A stretch of 64,000 nucleotides of DNA from Marsupella aquatica. Its lineage: Eukaryota; Plantae; Marchantiophyta. Under the pieces are notes generated by a model that searched no databases, was not told the origin of the DNA, and saw only the letters and a program-made list of their open reading frames with translations. This document shows positions 63,591 to 64,000 of the stretch, one piece after another; within the stretch, counting starts at the first letter, position 1; the number at the start of each line of letters is the position of its first letter. The DNA is taken from NCBI GenBank assembly GCA_973895155.1, contig OZ316897.1, positions 8,703,832 to 8,767,831 of the forward strand, given 5' to 3'. A program made the translations under genes and the position numbers.

Positions 63591-64000
63591 CTCTAAGCGA
63601 TTTACTTGATGGACACCAAAATGGAAAGTATTACTTGATGCACCCCATGAGGTTCTGGGTATGATTCAAGGGGTACATTGATTCAAGGGGTACATCAAGT
63701 AAATAGGAAGTCTGGGTACGTTAATTTTAACTGCCACTAGCCATATAGAAGGGAGAAGTGTCCAAGATTTCTCACTTTTTCATTTTACTCTCATTCTTCT
63801 CTTCTCCAGTTCCATATTGCTCCACAAAATTCAAGAAAACATACTATTTATGGTGTTTTTGTCATGGCTAGTGGTGGTTTAAAGGTACATCAAGTAAATA
63901 GGACGTCTCAGAGCTTCACACATGCAGATGCTAGCTTCTTGGCCATAGGTTTTTTGGGATTTTCAGAGGGTTGTGTAAACTAAGGCATGTTTGTTTTTTT

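Overview
Land-plant nuclear DNA with GT-AG spliced genes. A non-seed plant such as a bryophyte is plausible, but that is inference. I assembled host genes by hand from exons: MIS12 (-), RAD51D (+), riboflavin deaminase PYRD (-), mitochondrial TatB (+), a DUF616/MUCI70-TOD1-family gene (+), an intronless plastid-targeted-looking unknown (+), a Lys/Arg/Ser-rich unknown (+) and an FQR1/WrbA quinone reductase (-). Intergenic space holds tandem arrays, Helitron 3' ends, a deleted copia element, MITEs and a SINE-like family. The standout is a complete 10.7-kb Mutator-like element (43634-54356) with near-identical TIRs and a perfect 9-bp TSD. It carries an apparently intact spliced DDE/SWIM transposase, a ~140-bp internal tandem array and two opposite-strand accessory genes. 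One accessory gene is multi-exon, with a putative zinc finger and a disordered tail. The other is an intronless stand-alone protein resembling the C-terminal zinc OB-fold of plant RPA70. All family assignments come from recalled motifs, not database searches, and exon boundaries are manual.
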